From a virus (taxonomy: Duplodnaviria > Heunggongvirae > Uroviricota > Caudoviricetes): DNA of 64,000 nucleotides. The notes below the pieces were generated by a model that was given only the letters and a program-made list of their open reading frames with translations, had not been told where the DNA came from and made no database searches. The position numbers were made by a program, and so were the translations under genes. Below are positions 29,420 through 36,940 of this stretch, in pieces (positions within the stretch are counted from its first letter, which is position 1; every line of letters starts with the position of its first letter). The DNA lies in IMG/VR virus record IMGVR_UViG_3300020201_000012, positions 1 through 64,000 of that record; one strand, written 5' to 3'.

Positions 29420-29862
29420 TCCTTAATTCTTTCCCCCTTCGTTAGATTGGTTTGGCCGGTTAGCGTACCCTCTTCAAATAGCTTGATAGCCAGTAGGCAC
29501 AAGGCATCTTCGGGGGTGTCGGCAGTCGCATAAAACCAAGCTTCAGCAACAACAGAAGTTGCACCCCATATTTGTTTTGCGCTATATGTGTCCTTTAATG
29601 AAATCACACTCACGCTACCTTTTCGTACCTTCCTCAAAAGATAGCCAGCTTCGTATGCGGGGGTACTTATTTTTACTTCCTGTGTTCCCCATAACCCGTA
29701 TCTTTCCATCAGTTTAGGTTGAACTAAATACGGTTTACCAAGAGGTATTTCATCTGTTTGCTCCCAGAAGTTGAAAGTATCATGCCACCCACTTAACTCA
29801 TATAACTTCTTGCAGTTTTCTAATGATGCTACGTTAATCATTCTGCGTACCTTTCTTTCCAT
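29407..29862 (-). CDS. Hypothetical protein
   Basis: ORF only. Confidence 0.2.
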   Translation of the reverse strand: MERKVRRMINVASLENCKKLYELSGWHDTFNFWEQTDEIPLGKPYLVQPKLMERYGLWGTQEVKISTPAYEAGYLLRKVRKGSVSVISLKDTYSAKQIWGATSVVAEAWFYATADTPEDALCLLAIKLFEEGTLTGQTNLTKGERIKECKR

Positions 29863-30470
29863 TCTTCATAAGTTTTATATTTAGGCGGGTACTCTTTACC
29901 CTCCCATACTAGGCGCCAATCTTCCCAAGCTGGGGTCTCACCATCTGGGGTTATCGTAGGTACTACACCCAGTGTGTCTACATCAAGTTCATGGGCTAAG
30001 TGTACTGTAAAGTGAAATGCAGACATATTGTTATCTGACAATATCTTGAAACCATGTTTTAATATCTCTATTACCTCATCTTCGGTCTTTTCTTTGCCGG
30101 TTATCATGTGCAACCGACCAGAATGAATAAAGTTATGACAATAATGACACAAAGGTATTATTCTGTCAATCTCTACCCTGCCTGCGCTGTAGTCTATATT
30201 ATAGAACTCGTGTGCCTCTAGCCATTGATAACCCTTAGCTTCGGTCTTATGTACCCCACAAGCGATACAGTGGTAGTCGGTAGATGCATATGCGTCTTTA
30301 CGTACTATGTCCCACTTAGCTTGACCCATTATATTCCGCGGATTAACTTCGTGCAGCGGTTTAGGTATGTTGGGGTGCATTAAGATCTCAGGGTGCAGTT
30401 CTAGTTTAATACCGCTAGACTGGTACTCATTGGGGTGACTGAAGTCTGTTGCTGGGTTGCTCAGGCTCAT
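29838..30470 (-). CDS. HNH endonuclease
   Basis: CIACGVH…LEAHE…IIPLCHYCHNFIH matches the HNH bba-Me motif. Confidence 0.55.
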   Translation of the reverse strand: MSLSNPATDFSHPNEYQSSGIKLELHPEILMHPNIPKPLHEVNPRNIMGQAKWDIVRKDAYASTDYHCIACGVHKTEAKGYQWLEAHEFYNIDYSAGRVEIDRIIPLCHYCHNFIHSGRLHMITGKEKTEDEVIEILKHGFKILSDNNMSAFHFTVHLAHELDVDTLGVVPTITPDGETPAWEDWRLVWEGKEYPPKYKTYEEWKERYAE

Positions 30471-30769
30471 TCAAACTCTTTTTTTATTTCTTCATGCATA
30501 TCTACACCAAGGTGTTTTATGATTAACATTCTGAACTCTGTACCAAAATCTTTGGCTAGAGTTAAACGTGAATCTATATCAGTGTCTAGGGCCTCAAAGT
30601 CTGACCACATTCTATCAAAACCTACACTCATCATTATCTTGACTGCTGAGTTGAGTGCTGTTTCGCCGTACTCGTAGGGCTCTTGACCTTCTCTGGCGTC
30701 AATCTCCCATAGCGAGTCAGAGATTTCTCTTAATACGGGTGTCATTTTTGATCCGTAATATTTACTCAT
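30467..30769 (-). CDS. Hypothetical protein
   Basis: ORF only. Confidence 0.2.
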   Translation of the reverse strand: MSKYYGSKMTPVLREISDSLWEIDAREGQEPYEYGETALNSAVKIMMSVGFDRMWSDFEALDTDIDSRLTLAKDFGTEFRMLIIKHLGVDMHEEIKKEFE

Positions 30770-31278
30770 TTTACTTTCTCCTTAGTGAGCGACAGGGTTA
30801 AGGGGCGTATATAACCATGGCAGGTTATGGAGTCTTCACAATAACTACTCATATACCCGTCATGAGAGAAGTAGGGTTCTAGTAGTTTGTTAATTGCTTT
30901 CTTGTTGTCAGAGACAGCTTTTTCAGATACCTCTAGGCTGTCTAAAAGTTCTATTATTTCTACCGGCAAGCTAACTCGATCAATACGGTATTCTGGGGAT
31001 GATTCATAGTTACTATAACCCGTTTTAACTATTCCTGTTGCTTCTTTTTGCTTCTCAGATTCAATATCTACAACTTTAACTTTATTTACGCCTACAGATA
31101 GTGGCCTGTATTTTTCTGTAAAGTGTTCAGCCAGTTCTCTTTCGTCTGCGTCACTACTGACAAACATATCATCAATGTGGTTGCGTTTACCCTTAGCGGT
31201 GGTGGTATATATTTCTATACGGTACGTAGCTTTACTCATTATAGTGTCTCCATTTTCTCTAGTGGTATATCTATCCAA
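30766..31278 (-). CDS. Hypothetical protein
   Basis: ORF only. Confidence 0.2.
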   Translation of the reverse strand: MDRYTTRENGDTIMSKATYRIEIYTTTAKGKRNHIDDMFVSSDADERELAEHFTEKYRPLSVGVNKVKVVDIESEKQKEATGIVKTGYSNYESSPEYRIDRVSLPVEIIELLDSLEVSEKAVSDNKKAINKLLEPYFSHDGYMSSYCEDSITCHGYIRPLTLSLTKEKVK

Positions 31279-32174
31279 TCACCATCTTTCCAGTGGTGTA
31301 AGGCTAATGGTAGATGTTCACTTAATTTACCGCCATTTGCAATCACAAGGTCGGCATAGAAACTGAGCTGCTTACCGTAGGTGGTTCTTTCGGGTTTAAG
31401 AATTTTATAATTTGTCTTCATATCTCGTATAGAGAATGTGCTATCTTCATTCTTGAGAAGTCTATCAATTCGTCCTGCACGCTTATTCTTGTGGTCTACA
31501 ACCAAAACTTCATACTTAGCTTTTTCTTGTGAGCGCTGTTCGTTGAAAAACTTTAGAACACACTCTTTTAGGTGTGGCAACTTAGGTAGCGAAGAGTTCT
31601 TGTTAATACCGGCACTTAGAATCTTTCGTTTACCTGTCTTTAGGTCTTGGTCTATAATATCGGCTAAACCCCTAAACTCGCCGTGCAACTCTATCGCCGC
31701 ATGAATTGCCGTGCCGAAAGCGTTACTAGCAGCGGCATTAACATTCCACATTCTTAAAATTTCATCTTTCATAGTCGGCTCTAGCTTATATGTATTAACG
31801 AACTCATTAGCCCAGTATTCGCAGTCGAATTCTTCTTCTTTAGCATATTGAGAACCTGAAAGATAAGCCTCGCCAAGGGCGTTAGAATACTCATGCTTTT
31901 CCTCATCATAGAAGATTTCATTACCGAAAAGGTCTTTTTCTAATTTACGACCTGATTTCTTAGCAACTTTAGCTGCGCCGATCTTACCATCTTTCTCGGC
32001 ATATTTATTGAAGAACGCTTCTAGGTGTGGCATGATTGTTTCAAGCTCTCTTAGTGACTTTACCTTAAATGTGGGCTTAAGATTGCCGTACTGTAATACC
32101 GGAACAGTCATTTCTATCTGACCGTCTAATTGTATATCTTCTTTTTCCATTAGTATGATTCCTCCACGAAACAT
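31239..32174 (-). CDS. PD-(D/E)XK-family exonuclease (YqaJ/RecB-like recombination nuclease)
   Basis: C-terminal segment …YEVLVVDHKNKRAGRIDRL…DMKT… matches the D…(D/E)xK arrangement of viral-type exonucleases. Confidence 0.4.
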   Translation of the reverse strand: MFRGGIILMEKEDIQLDGQIEMTVPVLQYGNLKPTFKVKSLRELETIMPHLEAFFNKYAEKDGKIGAAKVAKKSGRKLEKDLFGNEIFYDEEKHEYSNALGEAYLSGSQYAKEEEFDCEYWANEFVNTYKLEPTMKDEILRMWNVNAAASNAFGTAIHAAIELHGEFRGLADIIDQDLKTGKRKILSAGINKNSSLPKLPHLKECVLKFFNEQRSQEKAKYEVLVVDHKNKRAGRIDRLLKNEDSTFSIRDMKTNYKILKPERTTYGKQLSFYADLVIANGGKLSEHLPLALHHWKDGDWIDIPLEKMETL

Positions 32175-32425
32175 TCTTGTTTAATTTTACCGTCTTCTAG
32201 CCAGGCCACTACATATGAATCCATATCATAACCAGGGCTGTCATAACTACCGGCAGAAATGTATGTGTATTTATCTTTATCGAGGCCTTCTAGTAAATTA
32301 GCTATACCTATATCGTCGGTGCCAAAACGCTCGGCTAGCTGTTTCATGCGTTCTTCATACTTGACGTGACTGTTTATGTTAGTCAGTTTTTGATAGAACC
32401 GCAAGTCTTCTAATGTGTACTTCAT
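32150..32425 (-). CDS. Hypothetical protein
   Basis: ORF only. Confidence 0.2.
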   Translation of the reverse strand: MKYTLEDLRFYQKLTNINSHVKYEERMKQLAERFGTDDIGIANLLEGLDKDKYTYISAGSYDSPGYDMDSYVVAWLEDGKIKQECFVEESY

Positions 32426-32626
32426 TTATGCCTTTCATTAAGTTATAGCTTAATTATATGTCAGATTAATTTAAAAGTCAATACCTTTTTGCTTGCATTT
32501 TATTTTCTGTGTGGTATAATTAAACTATGAGCAATGTATATTATAGCGAAGAACGTATAACCGACTAATCGGCACTCTTTGTATTTGCTCAAAGTATTTC
32601 GCCGAAAGGCGTTTTTTTAATATATG

Positions 32627-32702
32627 GCCTAGTTGACAAGTGGTTTAAGTCGCTGCCCTTTCAAGGCAGTTATCACGGGTTCAAATCCCGTCTAGGTCAC
32701 CA
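32627..32702 (+). tRNA. tRNA-Glu(UUC)
   Basis: Acceptor GGCCTAG/CTAGGTC, anticodon stem CTGCC/GGCAG, loop CTTTCAA. Confidence 0.65.
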
Positions 32703-32742
32703 TAAGCAGCGTTCGCATAGCGGCTATTGCAGGAGACTGTAC

Positions 32743-32828
32743 GCGGTATTATACATCTAAAGACGATGCCTGGACTGTAAATCCAGTGTCCTCGGACTTA
32801 CTAGGTGCAATACCTAGATACCGCACCA
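32743..32828 (+). tRNA. tRNA-Tyr(GUA)-like gene inside the insertion (partly degenerate)
   Basis: Perfect acceptor GCGGTAT/ATACCGC+ACCA, anticodon stem CTGGA/TCCAG with loop CTGTAAA, and a long variable arm. The T-loop TGCAATA is non-canonical and there are 4 nt between the acceptor and the D-stem. Confidence 0.45.
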
Positions 32829-32865
32829 GAGACTACTAGACTCCTCTTTATGTTATAATTAATTT

Positions 32866-33249
32866 ATGGTAGTAAACACGAACAGGGATCGCGGCAATGC
32901 TGGTCTTGCTCTTGCAATATCATACTATGGGGCGAACGGATACACCGTATCGATACCGCTTAATGATACACAAGATTATGATTTGCTAATAGATAATGGA
33001 GTATCTATATCTAAAGTTCAGGCAAAGTTTTCAAAACAGCGAAGCGAACACGGGGTTCAAAAAGTACCTCTACGCAGTTCAGGCGGAACAAACGGTGGTG
33101 TATACAAGACATTAATTGACACGAATATAGACATTTTATTCTGCTCGAACCCGAATATGGAGATGTGGGCTATACCGAAATCTGAGCTAACACAAAGAAA
33201 TGTTCTCAATCTTGGTGAAAAATATCATAAGTACAAAGTTAACCTGTAA
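32866..33249 (+). CDS. ORF inside the tRNA-Tyr insertion; possible PD-(D/E)XK-type nuclease (homing-endonuclease candidate)
   Basis: 127 aa, preceded by an extended -10 (TGTTATAAT). Segment DYDLLID…SKVQAK gives a weak D…(D/E/Q)xK pattern. Its stop codon TAA (33247-33249) is the A36-A37-A38 of the tRNA-Tyr anticodon loop. Confidence 0.35.
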   Translation: MVVNTNRDRGNAGLALAISYYGANGYTVSIPLNDTQDYDLLIDNGVSISKVQAKFSKQRSEHGVQKVPLRSSGGTNGGVYKTLIDTNIDILFCSNPNMEMWAIPKSELTQRNVLNLGEKYHKYKVNL

Positions 33250-33490
33250 ATCTCCCGCCTTCGGGCATCGTAGGTTCGAGTCCTACACGCTGCACCATAT
33301 AATAATGTACCTCGTTATAATAGATAACACAGACTTTAAGTTGACCATTATGAGGTAGTGTGCTATTATTAGAAAGTCGGGAGGGTAGTTGCTTTGATAT
33401 AGAGAATTCAATTATCAAAGCTGACGTAAAACCTATACAAATTTAGGGGGTAACAAATAGTTCGACAACCTTCGCCACAAAATAAAACAC

Positions 33491-33518
33491 TTGACACGGC
33501 CAGTCAGTGTGGTATAAT
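33491..33518 (+). promoter_or_regulatory. Consensus sigma70 promoter (TTGACA-16-TATAAT)
   Basis: Perfect hexamers. An ATG lies at the predicted transcription start, giving a leaderless 27-codon ORF (33525-33608). Confidence 0.45.
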
Positions 33519-33648
33519 TAACATATGAGAACATCATCACTACATCAACAGCATTTATCTCTACTCAATCAACCGAGTTGTGATTTTAATTGGGGTTATG
33601 GTGTATAAGCGTTCTCTACAAAAATAGAATAAAAACAAAAACGCAAAA

Positions 33649-33685
33649 AGGCACCTAATCTCAAAAAAAAGGTGTCTTTTTCTTT
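33649..33685 (+). terminator. Rho-independent terminator (aggcacct…aggtgtct + T-run)
   Basis: 8-bp stem with one G-U pair, followed by TTTTTCTTT. Confidence 0.45.
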
Positions 33686-33694
33686 AACAATTAT

Positions 33695-34130
33695 AACGGA
33701 AAACCCCGGCTGGAAGAATCGTGGTACTGGGGCAAGAACACAGAGGATATGAGTTTTAGGTGTTCAACAGACGGACGAGGCTAAGGCTCGGTATTCAGTA
33801 ACAAGGAGAGTGAAACTCCTCTACCCTTCGGGGATGAGACTGTGAAACCGAGATGGGTAGCGAGCGGTCTGTAAAGCACTCCACAGTTATGGTGTGCGGT
33901 GTACACTCTTCGGGGCAGCTAGAAGATATGGTTATGTACGGGGCGGTCCGCCTACAGTGCTTGAAAGATAGTAACGGTGCCTGAAAAGTAAGACGATTCG
34001 GCATGTCACATTCACGTAGAGTACCAATAAAAGCTCTACACCGGGTTTTATTCTCGGTACCTAGTAGTATCGGTGAATGGGCGGTACAAAGTAGTTAAAG
34101 TATCTTAAACTATTAAAACCGCCCAGCAAT
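33695..34130 (+). ncRNA. Structured non-coding RNA candidate (~430 nt, class unknown)
   Basis: No ORF longer than 30 codons. GC content locally higher than the surroundings. Many short hairpins capped by UUCG tetraloops (cccTTCGggg, ctcTTCGggg, gcggTCcgcc). A long-range stem GGGCGGT…ACCGCCC. Flanked by a terminator upstream and tRNA-Trp downstream. Confidence 0.35.
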
Positions 34131-34133
34131 TGT

Positions 34134-34208
34134 AGAGAGTTAGTGAAATGGTTATCACAAGAGCTTCCAAACCTCTTATTATCGGTTCGAGTCCGATGCA
34201 CTCTGCCA
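34134..34208 (+). tRNA. tRNA-Trp(CCA)
   Basis: D-stem GTGA/TCAC, anticodon loop TTCCAAA, T-arm ATCGG-TTCGAGT-CCGAT, discriminator G, CCA. One A-A mismatch in the acceptor. Confidence 0.5.
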
Positions 34209-34211
34209 GAT

Positions 34212-34288
34212 GGACTGGTAGCTTAGTGGCTTAAAGCGCCTCCCTGTCACGGAGGAGATCGTGGGTTCAAATCCCATTCAGTCCGCCA
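34212..34288 (+). tRNA. tRNA-Asp(GUC)
   Basis: Anticodon stem CCTCC/GGAGG, loop CTGTCAC. Confidence 0.65.
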
Positions 34289-34294
34289 AAATAA

Positions 34295-34369
34295 TCCTAG
34301 TCGGCCCATCGGTAGGGTACCTCGCTGTTAACGAGTAGGTGGTTGGTTCGATTCCAACACTGGGAGCCA
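34295..34369 (+). tRNA. tRNA-Asn(GUU)
   Basis: Loop CTGTTAA, T-loop TTCGATT. Confidence 0.55.
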
Positions 34370-34374
34370 TACAT

Positions 34375-34450
34375 CAGAGTGTGGGAAAGCGGTTAATCTG
34401 CTCGCCTTGGAAGCGAGAGAACGCTGGTTCAAATCCAGCCGCTCTGACCA
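34375..34450 (+). tRNA. tRNA-Pro(UGG)
   Basis: Anticodon stem CTCGC/GCGAG, loop CTTGGAA. Confidence 0.6.
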
Positions 34451-34526
34451 CGAGAAAAAACAGTGAACTGTACGAGTCGCTCTCATATATACTGGTTGAC
34501 CCTAAAGGTCAGCTTCTCGACCATAA

Positions 34527-34602
34527 TTCTCTCTAGCTCAAAAGCCAGAGCGCCTAGTTGAATCCTAGGAAGTACTCGGAGCGTTACCGAGGGGGGAAAC
34601 CA
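34527..34602 (+). tRNA. tRNA-Phe(GAA) (atypical T-loop)
   Basis: Acceptor TTCTCTC/GGGGGAA (two G-U), D-stem GCTC/GAGC, anticodon stem CCTAG/CTAGG with loop TTGAATC, T-loop AGCGTTA. Confidence 0.45.
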
Positions 34603-34623
34603 AATAAAACTGAAAGGTGAAAT

Positions 34624-34989
34624 ATGGACAACAAAAAGAAGCAGCTAGGTATAGCACCCAGTAATGCTAGAAATTTGTTGATACGAATGATAATATTTGA
34701 CTTTATAAATAAAGACAATATCGTTTGTTACCGATGCTATCTTGAGATGTCTCTAGAAGACTGAAGTATTGAACACAAAATACCCTGGTTACATAGTGAC
34801 AACCCAATAGAACTATATTTTGACCTTAAAAACGTTACTTTCAGTCATCTACGTTGCAATACACTTGCTGCTAGACCCGAAAAAAACAATACTATAAAAC
34901 ATGGTATATCGCGGTACAATAAATATGGTTGTAGGTGCAAAGTTTGCAAAAATACAAAAACAGTATTTAATAAAAAAAGAATAAGATAA
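34624..34989 (+). pseudogene. HNH homing-endonuclease gene with a single in-frame TGA at 34762-34764
   Basis: The 46 codons before the TGA carry CYRC. The 74 in-frame codons after it carry SIEHKIP…N…LRCNTL (HNH core) and C-terminal CRCKVC. Strong RBS aaaggtga. Either a pseudogenised homing endonuclease or a readthrough gene. Confidence 0.45.
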
Positions 34990-35064
34990 GCTGAGTTGGC
35001 TGAGTGGCCTAGGCGCCGGATTGCAAATCCGATTACAAGAGTTCGATTCTCTTACCCAGCTCCA
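34990..35064 (+). tRNA. tRNA-Cys(GCA)
   Basis: Loop TTGCAAA; one acceptor mismatch. Confidence 0.5.
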
Positions 35065-35068
35065 ATAT

Positions 35069-35156
35069 CGCTTCTTGGTGAAACAGTAGACACGATAGCC
35101 TCAAAAGCTATTATCTCGCAAGGGGTGTGTAGGTGCGAATCCTACAGAAGCGACCA
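35069..35156 (+). tRNA. tRNA-Leu(CAA)
   Basis: Anticodon stem ATAGC/GCTAT, loop CTCAAAA, long variable arm. Confidence 0.6.
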
Positions 35157-35189
35157 AACTACACAGTTCAGTGTACTTTAAAAATTTAT

Positions 35190-35274
35190 GCATGAGTGGT
35201 GGAATTGGTATACACGTAGGTTTTAGAAACCTATGCCGAAAGGATTGAGAGTTCAAGTCTCTCCTCATGCACCA
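35190..35274 (+). tRNA. tRNA-Leu(UAG)
   Basis: Acceptor GCATGAG/CTCATGC, anticodon stem TAGGT/ACCTA, loop TTTAGAA, long variable arm. Confidence 0.6.
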
Positions 35275-35277
35275 TAT

Positions 35278-35353
35278 GTATCTATAGCCCAACGGCAGAG
35301 GCGTTCGGTTTAAGCCCGATAAAGTGTAGGTTCGAATCCTACTAGGTACACCA
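35278..35353 (+). tRNA. tRNA with anticodon UAA but a short (5-nt) variable arm (atypical Leu-type)
   Basis: Standard 76-nt layout: acceptor GTATCTA/TAGGTAC, loop TTTAAGC (U33, UAA, G37), T-arm GTAGG-TTCGAAT-CCTAC, discriminator A. Confidence 0.45.
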
Positions 35354-35356
35354 CGT

Positions 35357-35443
35357 GGAAGATGTCCGGTTGGTCGAGGACACCGCCTTGAAAGCGGCTG
35401 GCTGTTATAGGCTCGTAGGTTCGATTCCTATGTCTTCCGCCAA
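35357..35443 (+). tRNA. tRNA-Ser(UGA)
   Basis: Loop CTTGAAA, long variable arm, acceptor GGAAGAT/GTCTTCC. Confidence 0.55.
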
Positions 35444-35479
35444 GAACTTTAAAAAGCATAGATGTGATACAATATATAT

Positions 35480-35944
35480 ATGGAACAAAAATATAACAAC
35501 ACAATAGAGTGGCTTGCTGGGCTGATAGAAGGTGAAGGAAGCTTCATAATTAAAAAAACGGGCGTATCAATAACTTGTCAGATGACAGATGAAGATGTCA
35601 TTAAAAACATAAAGAGTGTATTCGGCGGCGCAGTGTATTTCAACAAAAAAAGAAAAGAGCACTGGAAAGATTCTTGGAAATGGCAGATAAATGGTGAAGA
35701 TGCCTACAATCTGGCCGAACAGTTGAAGCCCCACATGTTCGGAAGAAGAACGCATCAAGTAAACAAATTGCTATATCAATATGAAAATTCGCCTAAAAAG
35801 CTACAACAACATAGAACTTCTAGAACAATACTTAAAGTCAAAGAACTGAGAGAATCTGGGTTATTGCACAGAGAAATAGCAGAAAAGCTAGGTGTTCATA
35901 GAACATTTGTGTCACACATATTGAGAGGAAAATACGGAGCGTGA
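35480..35944 (+). CDS. LAGLIDADG homing endonuclease (single-motif type) with C-terminal HTH
   Basis: LAGLIEGEGSF motif near the N-terminus. Free-standing between tRNA genes. Confidence 0.7.
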   Translation: MEQKYNNTIEWLAGLIEGEGSFIIKKTGVSITCQMTDEDVIKNIKSVFGGAVYFNKKRKEHWKDSWKWQINGEDAYNLAEQLKPHMFGRRTHQVNKLLYQYENSPKKLQQHRTSRTILKVKELRESGLLHREIAEKLGVHRTFVSHILRGKYGA

Positions 35945-35974
35945 AGAAGAAGTAGTCGATTCGCCAGCCTGTGA

Positions 35975-36009
35975 AGCCGGAGTAAGCCAGTGCAAGTCTG
36001 GTCATGCAC
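35975..36009 (+). other. tRNA 3'-end fragment (T-arm plus acceptor 3' strand plus CCA)
   Basis: GCCAG-TGCAAGT-CTGGT then CATGCAC-C-CCA, resembling the 3' end of tRNA-Leu(UAG) at 35250-35274. No matching 5' half was found. Confidence 0.3.
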
Positions 36010-36062
36010 CCCAAATAAAAAAGTACCTAATATAACCATAACTAGGAACTGAAAGGAGACTA

Positions 36063-36116
36063 TATGTCAAGAGACAAAGGGCGCAAAGAAGTCAAGAAGC
36101 CCAAAAAAGCTAAATA
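36063..36116 (+). CDS. 17-aa Lys-rich peptide ORF with a strong RBS
   Basis: gaaaGGAGActat-ATG, encoding MSRDKGRKEVKKPKKAK; lies inside the tRNA array. Confidence 0.2.
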
Positions 36117-36117
36117 A

Positions 36118-36191
36118 TCAGGAGTCATCTAACGGCAGGATGCGAGGTTCTGATCCTCGTCATCTAGGTTCGAATCCTAGCACCTGAGCCA
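36118..36191 (+). tRNA. tRNA-Gln(CUG)
   Basis: Anticodon stem CGAGG/CCTCG, loop TTCTGAT. Confidence 0.55.
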
Positions 36192-36194
36192 TGT

Positions 36195-36284
36195 GGATAG
36201 TTGCCCGAGAGGTTTAAGGGAACGGTTTGCTAAATCGTCGTAGTCGAAAGGCTACCGTAGGTTCGAATCCTACACTCTCCGCCA
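36195..36284 (+). tRNA. tRNA-Ser(GCU)
   Basis: Loop TTGCTAA, long variable arm. Confidence 0.55.
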
Positions 36285-36287
36285 TAA

Positions 36288-36364
36288 TCGTGGGTAGACA
36301 AATAGGTAAAGTCGTCTGCCTTTGAAGCAGAAGTTTGTAGGTTCAAGTCCTACCCCGCGAGCCA
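36288..36364 (+). tRNA. tRNA-Gln(UUG)
   Basis: Anticodon stem TCTGC/GCAGA, loop CTTTGAA, T-loop TTCAAGT. Confidence 0.6.
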
Positions 36365-36378
36365 AATTTATAATATAT

Positions 36379-36747
36379 TCAGCACTCTAGTCTATCTACT
36401 ATAATTCTCAGCCTTACAATTTCTTTCTGAATTTCACTATTATTAGTGCATAATTCATCTGCTAGTGGTGACTGTATTTGCTTTGGTTCAGCATCTGTGG
36501 GCACTGTTATATCCCCTGATAGTGGTGTCAAAACACAATCTAGCCTGTCTGTTAGTTGGTTGATGACTTCGTGTAAATCCGTAATTAATCTTTCTTGTCT
36601 GCTCAACGGAAGTTGACTAGGCGGTTGACCTACCTCGGCTGCATAGCTTGCCTTTTTTGCTGGTTCGTCTGTCTCGTATGCATAATCTGTTGTTAATTCT
36701 GGTCGATATGCTGATACCCCTTCTTCTTCACCTGTAAGTCCGAACAT
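36379..36747 (-). CDS. Hypothetical protein
   Basis: ORF only. Confidence 0.2.
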   Translation of the reverse strand: MFGLTGEEEGVSAYRPELTTDYAYETDEPAKKASYAAEVGQPPSQLPLSRQERLITDLHEVINQLTDRLDCVLTPLSGDITVPTDAEPKQIQSPLADELCTNNSEIQKEIVRLRIIVDRLEC

Positions 36748-36748
36748 A

Positions 36749-36940
36749 TTAATCCTCTATTCTTATTTTAATTTCTGGGTAGTCTGTATCTTCATTCTCT
36801 GTCCATGCATCATACATTGAACTGTCACCCCCACCCTCTAAATAATAACCATGCCATGTGTACATATCATCTTCATTCTCAAACTCAAATACTAATTTAT
36901 ACATTACGAGAATCCTCTTCTTTTTGACATGCTTCGTCAA
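36749..36940 (-). CDS. Hypothetical small protein
   Basis: ORF only. Confidence 0.15.
   Translation of the reverse strand: MTKHVKKKRILVMYKLVFEFENEDDMYTWHGYYLEGGGDSSMYDAWTENEDTDYPEIKIRIED

Larger units (their letters stand above)
32706..33297 (+). tRNA. tRNA-Tyr(GUA), class II, split in the anticodon loop by a 507-bp insertion (5' part ~32706-32741, 3' part ~33244-33297)
   Basis: The two halves together give a perfect 7-bp acceptor (GCAGCGT/ACGCTGC), a 5-bp anticodon stem (GGAGA/TCTCC), loop CTGTAAA, a 14-nt variable arm, T-arm GTAGG-TTCGAGT-CCTAC and CCA. CTGTA is directly repeated at both junctions. Confidence 0.6.

Noticed and set aside
32737-33248. Reading the tRNA-Tyr insertion as a canonical group I intron
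   Set aside because: No placement of the boundaries within the CTGTA repeat gives both a 5'-exon terminal U and an intron terminal G. P7-like motifs were not seen, and a complete tRNA-like gene lies inside. It is kept as an intron-like or mobile insertion of unknown class.
33695-34130. Assigning the structured RNA to RNase P RNA, or calling it a second tmRNA
   Set aside because: The conserved RNase P motifs I remember (GGAAAGUCC / ACAGNRA) are absent, and the region has no tRNA-like 3' end. A bona fide tmRNA lies at 37185-37538.
34339-35504. ORFs 34339-34536, 34996-35181, 35101-35292(-) and 35310-35504(-) covering tRNA array B
   Set aside because: They overlap well-folded tRNA genes and have no coding signal.
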